This document shows positions 27,958 to 37,866 of a stretch of 64,000 nt of DNA, piece after piece (the first letter of the stretch is position 1; each line of letters begins with the position of its first letter). Both the position numbers and the translations under genes were made by a program. Below the pieces are notes generated by a model. The model saw only the letters and a program-made list of their open reading frames with translations, was not told where the DNA came from and ran no database searches. The stretch covers positions 89,707-153,706 of the IMG/VR virus record IMGVR_UViG_3300046463_000548. One strand, given 5' to 3'. The stretch is from a virus.

Positions 27958-30900
27958 GCTTCTACTTCCTCCTTAATTGCGTCCCTGATCTGTGCGTCAA
28001 GATCGGGAACGTTCAGCAGCGGGAAATTCTTCTGGAGCCAACGGCGCGTATCCTTCATCGTCCACGGCTTGAGAATCTTCTCTAAAACTTCGGACTGTGT
28101 GCCTTCGAGCACGCCTAGTTCCTCCGAGTCCTTCAGGGTTGATTTCAGACCGGAAATGAGGTTAGGCAACGACCAGTCCCACTTGTAGGTCTGTGCGTCG
28201 TGTGCCCCGATTTCGATTTCGATTTCGGGCTCGACCGTGAACTCGATGTTGAAGTCTTCGAGGTACGCTTGAGTCACGCCATACGTCGCCTGGTATTGCA
28301 GAATGTGGATGAACGGAATCACCATTTCGTAGGGGACGCTGTAGTAATTTGCGTCGTGCACAGTTCGATTGAACAGAACACGCCAGTCCCAGTTGGTCCC
28401 ATCGAGGCTTAGCCACTCCTTGAAGCGTCGCAGGTGCATGTAGTAAGCCTTCATGATTTCCCGCCCAGCCTTCACCCCAATCTCCGACGCCATACCCTGC
28501 ACTGGAGCGTTAGAACCACGCCGCACCTGTTCCGCAACGATTGCCCGGTTCTCTGTCATGGCCGCAGGCAGGAAGCGACGACGGCCGTTAGGCGCGTAGA
28601 CGTAATACTCGTTTTCTGCCATCTCCTGCATCTTCTTGGTCCAACGCGCGCCAGCTTTGAATTCCTTGAACATCTTGTCGATGATGTCCTGCGCGTAGCC
28701 CGTGCGATCTTCTTCGAGCAGGGCGGTCAGTTTCAGGTCAAGCTCTTCGAGCATCTTGTTGATTTCGATCAGACGCTTGCTGTCCTTCGTGACCAGCGAT
28801 TCTTCGTAGAGCGCGGAAATCTTGCCCTTCAACGAATCCATGTCACCCTTCTTCGTGTCGATACCAAGGGTCTTTGCTCCCTTGCCGTACAGCACGCCGA
28901 ACACAACGGCCTTCACTGCATCACGGAGCGGGTGATCCTTGTCCACCAACTGACCGAAGAACCGCAGCACGTTCAAGATGTGAATGTCACCTTTCTCCTT
29001 GATCGCCTTCTTGTTCTCGTCTGTCGGGTTCTTGATGAAGTCCTGACGCAGCTTCTGGCCTGCACGGAACGCTTCGGCCAATACCTTGTCCCCAGCGATA
29101 ATCGACCACACGCGAACTTCGTGAGCAGAGTAGTCGTACCGGATCATCAGGTACCCTTTCTTCGCCACGAACATGCGCTTGATGATCTTCGCGAGCTTCC
29201 CGCGCGATGGAATCTGCTGAAGGTTCGGACCCATCGAAGCTAGACGGCCGGTGACCACGGCCCAGATCGAGTAGTCTGGTCTCAGGTGATTGTCGAACGC
29301 CGCGTCGATGTTCACGGTGAGCCGCTTGTACCACCCCTTGACGTAGGTGGACATCAACTTGTGCAACGCTTGAAATTCACCGTACAGCGAGATGATCTTG
29401 TTCGTGTCCTTGTAGTGAGCAACGAACGCTTTGTCGATGGCCGGTGCGCCCGTAGCAGTCTGAGATAGCGGCTCTAGCCCCAGGATATCGAGAAAGAGCT
29501 TCCGCTTGTGGAGCGGCTTCGTCAGCTTGAACATCCAGGTTGCTGCGACATTCTTGAACCCTAGTCCCGCAGACTTGAATCCCGACTCGTTCAGCAGTTC
29601 CTTGTTTGCCTGCTTTACTTCCCGATGGACCTTGAACTCGCCTTCCGCCCGTGTCAGTTCCTTCTGGAGTGGCGACTCCGCACCGAGCAGGTGCTTCAGG
29701 TACGATTTCTGGATCAGAGACCCGTCCTGCTTCAAATGCGATAGCTGGTGAGCGGTGTCGCCCATCTGGCAGAGCATGTGCCGCAGGTAATACGGCTTGT
29801 AGTTCTGCCCAGCAATCTCCATGAACGACGAGCGGCGTATCTGCTCTTTACGTATGTGGAAAATCGACACAACGTCAGTCGCAGCGTACGCCAGAAAGTC
29901 TTTGGATGACGGATCGGTCGAACCGGTGTTCGAACGTTCCTCTTTCGAGAATGCGGCCTTGAAATAGAAGTCGTTGCCGTACGAGCAGTAGATCGGCCGC
30001 AGACCACCGAACTTCGAACTGTCGTTTGCTGCTTCATCGCGGATCGACGTGACGTGATTAAGCGCCGAAATGTTTTCGTCTAGCTCGTGCTCGCCAAACG
30101 TCACTTCCCAAACGTCGTGCCAGATGATCGGAATCTTCAGGCATTGTCTGATCACACGCAAATCAAACATGCCGTTCATCGTTATGAGAAGCTTGCGATC
30201 CTCGTAGTCCTTCGAGAACCGTTTTTTCAACTCACGTTTTATGTACAGACGCTCGTCGTCCGTCCAGTGCACCAGCGGGTGATCAACAGGAATCACGTAG
30301 CCGGTTTCTGGCGCGTGGTCCATACAGAACTGGATCGTATATATTCGATTGAACAGGACCGACAGGTTACGTGTTTCCGTGTCTACCGCGATGATCCGCG
30401 CTTCATCGAAACGGCGCATCACCTGGTTGAATTTCTCAATCGTATCTACATACTTTGGCTTTGCCTGTATGTGCGAGAGATTGTGCGGCATCCTTCCGAT
30501 AAACAGATTCATCAGATGCCGACACCAGAACCCTAAGAGGTTTGCGTACTCGCCGTCCTTCTCCATGAGTTTGAAGAAGTCCAGGGTCGATACCACTTTC
30601 AGATCGAGCCCCTGGACCTTCAGTTCGTGGACCCACCCACGTTTGTATTGTGGGTGTTCGATCATCGGAAATAGCGCACGCATCGCCTGATCGCCGGACA
30701 CCAGGATGTGTGTCGGCTTGATTTTCTGAATCAGCTTGTGGATGCGTTCGGCAAACAGGCCCTCAGCCTCACGGCGATGGCCCGGACTCAAATGCAGATG
30801 TCGGAACGCGTTGAAGTTGGCAACCGTGTAAGCCGCTTCAGGTAGCCCCTTCTTCTGGTAGGGAACCGACAGCTTCCGTGCGTATTTGATAGCGTTCTTC

Positions 30901-31097
30901 ACCGGGGTCATCGTGTCCTGATGACCAAGCATCTCGCCTTCTTTCAGGTCCCGGATGTCTACCGTCTGCATCACGACCAGGACGCGGGTCTTTGAGTCAC
31001 CCCACGTCCTACACTGCTTGATGCCTAGCCCGTAAGGCTCGCGTTTGGCGAACGCTTCGGTTTGTATGTCAAATGCAAATGCCCGCTCAAGCAACAT
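27954..31097 (-). CDS. polA: Family A DNA polymerase with 3'-5' exonuclease and extra N-terminal (UDG-like) domain
   Basis: Exo I VDTET, Exo II NGMFD, Exo III YAATD; TGRLAS..PNLQQIP; motif A DYSAHEVR; motif B R..VKAVVFGVLYG; motif C VHDA. Confidence 0.92.
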   Translation of the reverse strand: MLLERAFAFDIQTEAFAKREPYGLGIKQCRTWGDSKTRVLVVMQTVDIRDLKEGEMLGHQDTMTPVKNAIKYARKLSVPYQKKGLPEAAYTVANFNAFRHLHLSPGHRREAEGLFAERIHKLIQKIKPTHILVSGDQAMRALFPMIEHPQYKRGWVHELKVQGLDLKVVSTLDFFKLMEKDGEYANLLGFWCRHLMNLFIGRMPHNLSHIQAKPKYVDTIEKFNQVMRRFDEARIIAVDTETRNLSVLFNRIYTIQFCMDHAPETGYVIPVDHPLVHWTDDERLYIKRELKKRFSKDYEDRKLLITMNGMFDLRVIRQCLKIPIIWHDVWEVTFGEHELDENISALNHVTSIRDEAANDSSKFGGLRPIYCSYGNDFYFKAAFSKEERSNTGSTDPSSKDFLAYAATDVVSIFHIRKEQIRRSSFMEIAGQNYKPYYLRHMLCQMGDTAHQLSHLKQDGSLIQKSYLKHLLGAESPLQKELTRAEGEFKVHREVKQANKELLNESGFKSAGLGFKNVAATWMFKLTKPLHKRKLFLDILGLEPLSQTATGAPAIDKAFVAHYKDTNKIISLYGEFQALHKLMSTYVKGWYKRLTVNIDAAFDNHLRPDYSIWAVVTGRLASMGPNLQQIPSRGKLAKIIKRMFVAKKGYLMIRYDYSAHEVRVWSIIAGDKVLAEAFRAGQKLRQDFIKNPTDENKKAIKEKGDIHILNVLRFFGQLVDKDHPLRDAVKAVVFGVLYGKGAKTLGIDTKKGDMDSLKGKISALYEESLVTKDSKRLIEINKMLEELDLKLTALLEEDRTGYAQDIIDKMFKEFKAGARWTKKMQEMAENEYYVYAPNGRRRFLPAAMTENRAIVAEQVRRGSNAPVQGMASEIGVKAGREIMKAYYMHLRRFKEWLSLDGTNWDWRVLFNRTVHDANYYSVPYEMVIPFIHILQYQATYGVTQAYLEDFNIEFTVEPEIEIEIGAHDAQTYKWDWSLPNLISGLKSTLKDSEELGVLEGTQSEVLEKILKPWTMKDTRRWLQKNFPLLNVPDLDAQIRDAIKEEVEA

Positions 31098-31132
31098 GGG
31101 TTGATCCTTAGTTCGAACTCTCTACTTGCTAT

Positions 31133-31852
31133 TTACTGCGGGCAAAGCGCTTCATTGCGGTGTTGAGCGATGTCGTCCCCTAACGCCAGCAGACAGTCGT
31201 TGAGGAAAGTTGACTGCATGTACTGCCCATGCTCGGTGTACATACGGGCACCAGTCAGGAACTTGCTAGTCTGTTCGATGAACCGATCATGATCAGACAT
31301 GAAGTTGAAACCCATCTCCAAGCCCAGACCGATTGTCAGTTGACGACCTTCGGCTGAATAAATCATCATCAGATCGGCGTCACGCATGCACTGATGCATG
31401 AGCGAAGCGGGTTCGCGGGGAAAGGTCCCGTTGGAGAACTCCGTGCAGCGGATGGTGTCGATCACCTTCGCGAGCGTTGAACTGGAGACCACGTCGTGTA
31501 GCCGGTACTGCGCGAAGCGGGTCGCGCGGTTGATGTTCTCGCGGTCGGACGTGCGGCCTCCGCTGTGATTGTGGTCATGGAACAGCGCAGCGAGGACGAG
31601 CGCGGGGATGCTGGTATCTAGCAGGGGGCCTGGGCTGTTCATGGCGCACGAGTGGGCCCAGTAAACACAACTCAACTCGTGGTGCAGATTGTGGTATGGG
31701 TTCTGCGTGTGCGTGCCCGATTGCGCGAGAAGCATGAGGGTACTGAAATCATCGGGGAAGTAATGCGAGAGAATATTCAAACCCTCAACTGAGGGTTCGA
31801 GTGCCACCTCGTCCGAGATTAGCGGGATGATCCGGGTGTTTTCGTTAGTCAT
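31133..31852 (-). CDS. HD-domain phosphohydrolase (class I PDE-like motifs)
   Basis: NPYHNLHH, ALFHDHNHSG, RDADL. Confidence 0.8.
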   Translation of the reverse strand: MTNENTRIIPLISDEVALEPSVEGLNILSHYFPDDFSTLMLLAQSGTHTQNPYHNLHHELSCVYWAHSCAMNSPGPLLDTSIPALVLAALFHDHNHSGGRTSDRENINRATRFAQYRLHDVVSSSTLAKVIDTIRCTEFSNGTFPREPASLMHQCMRDADLMMIYSAEGRQLTIGLGLEMGFNFMSDHDRFIEQTSKFLTGARMYTEHGQYMQSTFLNDCLLALGDDIAQHRNEALCPQ

Positions 31853-32849
31853 TTTTGAGTTTGAGCAGGTGAGGGAGGATCATTGATGCGACGTGTTGCA
31901 TCAGAGGAACAACCACTGAATTACCGAACTGCTTGTAGGCACGTGTGTCGGAGACTGGGATTACGAATGAATCGGGGAATCCCATCAGGCGCGCGCACTC
32001 GCGGGGTGTCAGCTTGCGTGGGTTCATCGAACCACGGCTAACGAGAATTTCGGAGCCGTCCTTGTAGTAGCGGGCACTCAGCGTACGCGCGACATCTGAC
32101 GGTCCGACGACCGAGCAGCCGAACCCGTTACCCGCGTCCTTGTGCTTCTGTGCGTAACCCTGAAGGAACGCCCACAGTTTGTCGCTCAGGACGTAGCGCG
32201 GATTAATGCCACCCGGAACGATGAAACGGTCGTCCACGGGCTCGGACCGTCTGTGTAGTACCTGAGCCATAGTGACGCCATCCGTAGTCGGTAACGGCTT
32301 CTGATCGAAGGAGAAGGGCACGGGCCTGCGGAACCCAACGATCACAATGCGCAGCCGCTTCTGCGGTGTGAAGTGCTGGCCGTTCAGCACGCGATAGTGC
32401 ACGTCGTAACCAAGATCGGTCAGCGTCTGGTAGATCACGCGGAACGTGTTGCCGCCGTCGTGGGACAAAAGATTGCGGACGTTTTCAAGCATGAACGCGT
32501 GAGGCTGCTTGTGCTTGATGATGCGTGCAACATCGAAGAAGAGGGTGCCGCGCGTCTCGTCTTCGAACCCGTGCTTGCGGCCCATCGAATTGTTTTTCGA
32601 TACGCCTGCAATTGAGAACGGCTGACACGGAAACCCTGCAACCAGCACGTCATGGTCTGGAATAGAGGACGCTTTGATCTTCGTGATGTCCCCATGGATC
32701 GGATCGTCACCGAAGTTAGCGCGGTACGTCTGCTGTGCGTAAGAGTCGAACTCAGAGGTGAACACGCATTCACCACCCACGTTTTCAAACGCAGTGCGGA
32801 GCCCGCCGATCCCTGCAAACAGGTCAATGAACGTAAATTTTCTATTCAT
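31845..32849 (-). CDS. dcm: DNA cytosine-5 methyltransferase, Dcm/EcoRII-like
   Basis: DLFAGIGG, GFPCQPFS, LENV, PQKR.R, TLSARYYKDGSEIL, QFGNSVVVP. Confidence 0.92.
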   Translation of the reverse strand: MNRKFTFIDLFAGIGGLRTAFENVGGECVFTSEFDSYAQQTYRANFGDDPIHGDITKIKASSIPDHDVLVAGFPCQPFSIAGVSKNNSMGRKHGFEDETRGTLFFDVARIIKHKQPHAFMLENVRNLLSHDGGNTFRVIYQTLTDLGYDVHYRVLNGQHFTPQKRLRIVIVGFRRPVPFSFDQKPLPTTDGVTMAQVLHRRSEPVDDRFIVPGGINPRYVLSDKLWAFLQGYAQKHKDAGNGFGCSVVGPSDVARTLSARYYKDGSEILVSRGSMNPRKLTPRECARLMGFPDSFVIPVSDTRAYKQFGNSVVVPLMQHVASMILPHLLKLKND

Positions 32850-33052
32850 GCTCTTTTGTTCCACAGTTCGACTGCCTCTCTCTCGCGCTCCCCAACCGGT
32901 CCCGATGCTTCGGGCCCCAGAGCCCCGCATTTTGAGCAACGGACGCACCAGAACGAGAACCCGAAGCCAACTTCATAATTTTCAATTTCGTTGAGGCTAC
33001 CTTTACCGTTATCGAATGGGCACGGAAGGATGGAAGGGAGCTTAGACTTCAC
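32846..33052 (-). CDS. Lar-family restriction alleviation-like protein
   Basis: LPCPF...C..CGA.GP...A...WN.R. Confidence 0.65.
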   Translation of the reverse strand: MKSKLPSILPCPFDNGKGSLNEIENYEVGFGFSFWCVRCSKCGALGPEASGPVGEREREAVELWNKRA

Positions 33053-33248
33053 GAACGATCCTCAGGGCCTCAACACGCTGGATATCCAGGCGACCCTCCG
33101 GAGTGCTTACGTTCATTAGCAAGCGCCACGACCCGTCGGGCAGTTTGTCTAGATGGATGAATTCCTTTTCAACGGCGGGCGTCGCGAACTTCGACAGGTC
33201 TAGCAACAGGTGAAGGTCAGGACCTTCAATCTTGATCGAGCGTTTCAT
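33042..33248 (-). CDS. Hypothetical protein
   Basis: 68 aa ORF coupled to upstream gene. Confidence 0.55.
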   Translation of the reverse strand: MKRSIKIEGPDLHLLLDLSKFATPAVEKEFIHLDKLPDGSWRLLMNVSTPEGRLDIQRVEALRIVREV

Positions 33249-33946
33249 TTCGCGGGTGCCCTCTTGATGCGCGACAGGAAATCGGGATACTTCGAAAGAA
33301 GCTTCAGGTGGACTAGAGCCTGATTCTCTGCATCGTTGAGCGCTGTGTGTTGAGCTTCAGACGTGGGCCATTCGAGTTCATCGATATACAGAATGCCTAG
33401 CGTCCGGAAGTCGATCTTCTTCTTGTAATGCCATGGCGCAGAGCCCCACATCGATTCCAGAACAGGCAGATCAAAGTCGTTGCCGTTGGCAGACATGTAG
33501 AGTTCGGTCGGGTCGTCCAGTTCTAGCGAGCACTGAACATCTGCATAGAACCTGCAGAACTCGGCTAGCGATTCGGCCACTGTCATTCGGTCGCGGGAGG
33601 CAACGTCGCGACGTGCGCTTTCTGACTGCTGGAGCCACCAGAAGAACGCATCTTGTTCCGGCTTCCTACCGGAGTCGAACTGCTCCTGTAGCTCGATAAA
33701 CGCTTCGAAGCGCTTAAACACCCCGAACGTGAGGTTGTAGGCAACGGCACCAATACTCAGGACCGGGGCGCTCGACTTTAGCCCCATAGTTTCGCAATCG
33801 ATCATGATGAACGAGCGGTCACCAGCGCCTTTAATTCCGTTTGTCATTATCTGTTCTTTTATGAGCATGACGATTCGCCGGTCTTCTTCCGGATCGTCGT
33901 AAATGGTTGTTTGCAACTCAGTCACCCAGCAGTCGATCTGCTGCAC
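33245..33946 (-). CDS. DEDDh 3'-5' exonuclease (start may be 33847)
   Basis: MIDCETMG, ANGNDFD, DFRT, HTALNDA. Confidence 0.8.
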   Translation of the reverse strand: MQQIDCWVTELQTTIYDDPEEDRRIVMLIKEQIMTNGIKGAGDRSFIMIDCETMGLKSSAPVLSIGAVAYNLTFGVFKRFEAFIELQEQFDSGRKPEQDAFFWWLQQSESARRDVASRDRMTVAESLAEFCRFYADVQCSLELDDPTELYMSANGNDFDLPVLESMWGSAPWHYKKKIDFRTLGILYIDELEWPTSEAQHTALNDAENQALVHLKLLSKYPDFLSRIKRAPAK

Positions 33947-34259
33947 GCACGATGACTTTCACGGCCTTGTCGTCGTACAGCTTTTCCATATGTGGGTCTT
34001 TGATGCAGGTGACTTCCAGCCGCTGACCAATGTGCTTTTCGGTCCAGTCCTGGATAATCTTGGTTTTCTCTTCAACCGTCAGTTCGTCGTCTTCAGCGAC
34101 ACGTGCTGTGAATATCTTGACAGTCTTGCCCTGCGCGAGATAGCGCTTGATCAACGCCACGATCTTCGGTACGGGCTCACCAATGTGTTCCGAGCCTTTC
34201 CAGCCATCGTAGTAGGCCGTCGTGTTGTCCAAATCGAAACCGATCCAGCCGTCACTCAT
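33918..34259 (-). CDS. Capless HAD-superfamily hydrolase
   Basis: WIGFDLDNT, IFTAR, LYDDKA. Confidence 0.75.
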   Translation of the reverse strand: MSDGWIGFDLDNTTAYYDGWKGSEHIGEPVPKIVALIKRYLAQGKTVKIFTARVAEDDELTVEEKTKIIQDWTEKHIGQRLEVTCIKDPHMEKLYDDKAVKVIVRAADRLLGD

Positions 34260-34770
34260 GTCCCGCTCCGATATAAACAGGTATTGTCTGTTCAGCTAGC
34301 TTCATCCCTTCAGGGGAGATAGCGACGCTTGCGTTGTGCCGAAGTACATTCAATTCTTCGGGGCTGATCCAGGCATCAGGCTGACTTGCCCTAGGCCATT
34401 TGATCAATACCTCGTCTTCAATTGCACGTGCGAATTGACGCCATCCCCAAAGCTTCGCGAAGCTATCCAGACCACCGGGCATCGACTGCGCAACCGTGTC
34501 GATATCTGGATCGGAGAGTCGTGGCGGGTCTGCTTGGGGAGCAAGTTCCGGTTTGCTATCGGAAAGCTTCCTGATGTTCCAGGCTTCACCAATGTTGAAT
34601 GTCATATTGCGTGCGTACGAGAATTTCGGGCCCGTAGCTCCGCACCCGGTACACACGCAAAATAGATTGACGGCAGGTTGACCTTCGTAGCCCACTGTTA
34701 CGCCCTGCGAACCGCAGAAAGGGCATGAGTCAAAGACCGTTTGTGGTTGTTCCATCGATAGTGTTTCCAT
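34252..34770 (-). CDS. Protein with Lar-like N-terminal zinc ribbon
   Basis: CPFCG...CTGCGATGP...AWN.R. Confidence 0.6.
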   Translation of the reverse strand: METLSMEQPQTVFDSCPFCGSQGVTVGYEGQPAVNLFCVCTGCGATGPKFSYARNMTFNIGEAWNIRKLSDSKPELAPQADPPRLSDPDIDTVAQSMPGGLDSFAKLWGWRQFARAIEDEVLIKWPRASQPDAWISPEELNVLRHNASVAISPEGMKLAEQTIPVYIGAGHE

Positions 34771-36375
34771 TTAATCCTCCGCTAGAACGAGAGCCATCGA
34801 TTCAGAGGCTCTGGTTGCTGCTGTATAAAGATGATTCCAACGCTGATCGGCGAACACCTGTGATTCGTCAATGACCAGCGTCTTTCCGAATTGCGAGCCC
34901 TGCAACTTGTGCACGGTCCCCGCGTATGCGAACGTGAACGCGTCGGTTCCTGCAATGTCCTTCCAGTAGGGTTCGGGCAGACTCTCATCGAAGTGATGAG
35001 TCGAACACACTGTGTCGATAATCACGGGTGAGCCATTCGCATCGAACAGGTCAAGAGCACGGACCTTGAAGTGCAGACCCTCAACGCGCGTAGCTTCGAA
35101 CCCAAGTTCTGGCCTACGGTGGTCTATGAGCTTCATCATCGGCTTGATTTCAGGCGTGGAGCACGTCCACTGCGTACCGTTCAGGAAGCCGTTCTGCTTG
35201 TTGTTCTTCGTGCACATCAGCTTGTCGCCGCGCACAGGGAACTGCGTATCAACGTCGAATTTCCCGCTCAGGATTCGGTGGCGTCGATTCAGGGTGTGTC
35301 GCGTGCGGTTCAGTCCAACGATGACCTGATCGCTGCCGATGATCATTTCATCGGTGACCTTGAAGCCGGGGCGGTACACGCGAGATTCGCCGTATCTACC
35401 GGGCTTTGGTAATCGCCCGTTGCGAATCTCTGTCGCTAGCCAGATCAACGGATTTTCGGCCGCTACCCGCTCCACCTCTGTTAGGGTGATGTCTGCGTCG
35501 CCACGCGTGAAGAATCCTTCGCCCTTGATAGGCTTCACCTGACCGGGGTCTCCCAGCACGAGAATCGGGATACCGAACGAAAGTAGATCAGCCCCTAGCT
35601 CGTCATTGACCATAGACATTTCGTCACAGATCAGCAGCTTCGCCTCGCACAGCGGAGACTCAGGGTTTAGGGTGAATCCCTTCGCCTTGCCCGTTACGTA
35701 ATCGATAACTGGCTTGTAGATCAGCGAGTGCAGGGTAGATGCACCTGCACAGCCTTTTGACGCTAGGACAGACGCAGCTTTGCCGGTGTATGCAGCGAAC
35801 AGGACTTGCCCTCGTTCGCCACCGGACTCGCCGTTCTCGATACACCACGCAATCTCTTTGGCTAGTGTCGTCTTGCCGGTGCCCGCGAAACCGAACAGCC
35901 TGAAAACCTGCTTGCGACCATTTGACTTGTACCACTTGAATACAGAGCGCAGCGCTTTCGACTGCTGCCCGTTCCACTTCAGATTGGGTCTATCGGCTAC
36001 AACGTGCGAGCCGACTGCCGCGATCCCGCCGAACAGTTCGTCTAACGTTGGGTCGGGTACCGGTTGCGGTGGTTCGTCGTGCTTTGAAGGTTCCCAAAAA
36101 TCCGCAGGATCATTGAGAACAAACGCGGTGATCAGGTCGTGCAAAAGAAGATAGCGCGAGTCCTCTTTCAACACAGGAGGATCGCGCTTCTCAAGTACAG
36201 ATCGTCTTCGAAAAATGTTGTGTGGATCAGCTTCAAGGTGGACCATGCAGGAAGAAAATACGATACGTGTAGTTTGCTTCTGCAGGTCCAATACCTGGTC
36301 AGTCGTCAGAGTCGTTCTGAGTGCAGCATCTTGGATGAGCGAACGAGTAACGCTTTTTGTTTTGTTCCGTAACAC
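34771..36375 (-). CDS. RecD/Dda-like SF1B helicase
   Basis: GFAGTGKTT, AYTGKAA, DEMSMV, LGDPGQ, TVHKLQGSQF, YTAATRA. Confidence 0.9.
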   Translation of the reverse strand: MLRNKTKSVTRSLIQDAALRTTLTTDQVLDLQKQTTRIVFSSCMVHLEADPHNIFRRRSVLEKRDPPVLKEDSRYLLLHDLITAFVLNDPADFWEPSKHDEPPQPVPDPTLDELFGGIAAVGSHVVADRPNLKWNGQQSKALRSVFKWYKSNGRKQVFRLFGFAGTGKTTLAKEIAWCIENGESGGERGQVLFAAYTGKAASVLASKGCAGASTLHSLIYKPVIDYVTGKAKGFTLNPESPLCEAKLLICDEMSMVNDELGADLLSFGIPILVLGDPGQVKPIKGEGFFTRGDADITLTEVERVAAENPLIWLATEIRNGRLPKPGRYGESRVYRPGFKVTDEMIIGSDQVIVGLNRTRHTLNRRHRILSGKFDVDTQFPVRGDKLMCTKNNKQNGFLNGTQWTCSTPEIKPMMKLIDHRRPELGFEATRVEGLHFKVRALDLFDANGSPVIIDTVCSTHHFDESLPEPYWKDIAGTDAFTFAYAGTVHKLQGSQFGKTLVIDESQVFADQRWNHLYTAATRASESMALVLAED

Positions 36376-36402
36376 AGGCGGTCCTCACTGTGGCCTTTCG
36401 GT

Positions 36403-36906
36403 TTAATGTAGGTATGCTGGCACCTCATCGTCGGATTCTTCGTCCATGCCCAGGACCGTGTCCGCGTCAGAATCCAGATCGACAGTGCGCTGAGTCGGGA
36501 CCTTGGACATCGAGCGCATTTCGTAGATCAGATGGCGCTGAACAAACTCTTCAAGCGCCTCTTCGGGCAGATCGTCAGGCAAGTCATCTGCATCCGGGAT
36601 AAACGCAAGCGCCTGCCGGAAGATCAGAGCGCGCTGCCACTCTGGATGAGGAAGTACCGTGTACACAAAATCAATGAACCGATCTGTGTATATCTCCATA
36701 GCAAACTTTCGGTGCATGTAGGAAGCCGATGGAATCTGCTTGGCCTTCGCTATGTTTTCTTCGGTGAATTGAGGGCACTCCTTGATAAAGCCGCCGTAGT
36801 GCACGGCTCCAAGGAAATCAGCATCGGCTAGCGCTGGGTCATCTACGTCAACCAGGACCAGCAACTTGTCTACATCCGCATGGCTCATCGTCATAACTAA
36901 CCTCAA
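36403..36906 (-). CDS. Hypothetical acidic protein
   Basis: 167 aa ORF. Confidence 0.6.
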   Translation of the reverse strand: MRLVMTMSHADVDKLLVLVDVDDPALADADFLGAVHYGGFIKECPQFTEENIAKAKQIPSASYMHRKFAMEIYTDRFIDFVYTVLPHPEWQRALIFRQALAFIPDADDLPDDLPEEALEEFVQRHLIYEMRSMSKVPTQRTVDLDSDADTVLGMDEESDDEVPAYLH

Positions 36907-36951
36907 CTGAAAGTGGTACCTCTAAATGGGCACTACCATCAAATTCGGAGG

Positions 36952-37341
36952 CTAGTCTTTGCTCAGGAGCTTCATGTCTACGTCGATTACGTCCGGGTCC
37001 GATTCAATCAGGCGCGGTGCATACCGATGATGTGACGGCCCACTCAGCGCTGGCGTTCGCTCTACGCTAGGAGCGGCCTGCATGACCACACACCCGCCGA
37101 TGTTGAACGTTGGGTTCGCCCGCTCACCGTCCCAAGACATGTACGATTTTCGAATCGGAACAGTGCACTGAAACCACATCGAAGGGCGGTCCAGTGTATG
37201 AAAGCAGTCGCCCACCGTCACCTGCGATAGGTACGCCTCGAAAATCTGGTTGCCCCGGAATATCTCTACGAGCTTATCGTTGTAGCCTTGTCTGTGATGC
37301 CCAAGAGCGTGCTCTTGCTTCTTCTGGATATCCTGGCCCAT
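36952..37341 (-). CDS. Hypothetical protein
   Basis: 129 aa ORF with RBS. Confidence 0.6.
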   Translation of the reverse strand: MGQDIQKKQEHALGHHRQGYNDKLVEIFRGNQIFEAYLSQVTVGDCFHTLDRPSMWFQCTVPIRKSYMSWDGERANPTFNIGGCVVMQAAPSVERTPALSGPSHHRYAPRLIESDPDVIDVDMKLLSKD

Positions 37342-37351
37342 GATTTACCCT

Positions 37352-37729
37352 TCAATGGCGCGTCTGTGGTTCGAAATCTCCTAGTGAAGATTCGACCTTC
37401 GAACCAGCCGTGTCCGCTACGTGCTGGAATTCTTCTTGCATGCTCAGCGGCCCGACGTTCGGGTGTTGTTCGCGAATACCCTTGAGGATGCCTGCGACGA
37501 CATCTGGAGCGTTCGATAGTGCGCTGCTCTTGAGCAGAGAATCGGCGTAGTTTGCGGCCCAGATCGTGAGGATTCGCAGTTCGTGACGAGTGATCTTGAG
37601 GTCCAGCATTTCGCGGAGGTCGGCGGGAATTCCTGCAGAACCGCAGTGAGGGCAAGACGTGGCTGTCGCTGTCTCTTCGGCCGTAAAGGTGGTTCTGCAT
37701 TCCACGCACAGAATGTATTTCTCTGTCAT
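37352..37729 (-). CDS. Zn-ribbon protein
   Basis: CVEC...CPHC; GGAGA RBS; GTAAATA motif at 37771. Confidence 0.65.
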   Translation of the reverse strand: MTEKYILCVECRTTFTAEETATATSCPHCGSAGIPADLREMLDLKITRHELRILTIWAANYADSLLKSSALSNAPDVVAGILKGIREQHPNVGPLSMQEEFQHVADTAGSKVESSLGDFEPQTRH

Positions 37730-37829
37730 TGTGTTCTCCGTTTTAACGGGGGCAAATACCCCTCACTTCTTATTTACGACAGTGCAGCAAGAAAGGGAAG
37801 CTGACTGGAAGTACGGGATCGACAGACGC

Positions 37830-37866
37830 AAAAAAGGGGAGTCGGATTTTAGTTTCCGCTCCCCTT
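37830..37866 (-). terminator. Rho-independent terminator closing the large ncRNA unit
   Basis: AAGGGGAG.CGGA..TCCG.CTCCCC followed by T6. Confidence 0.8.
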
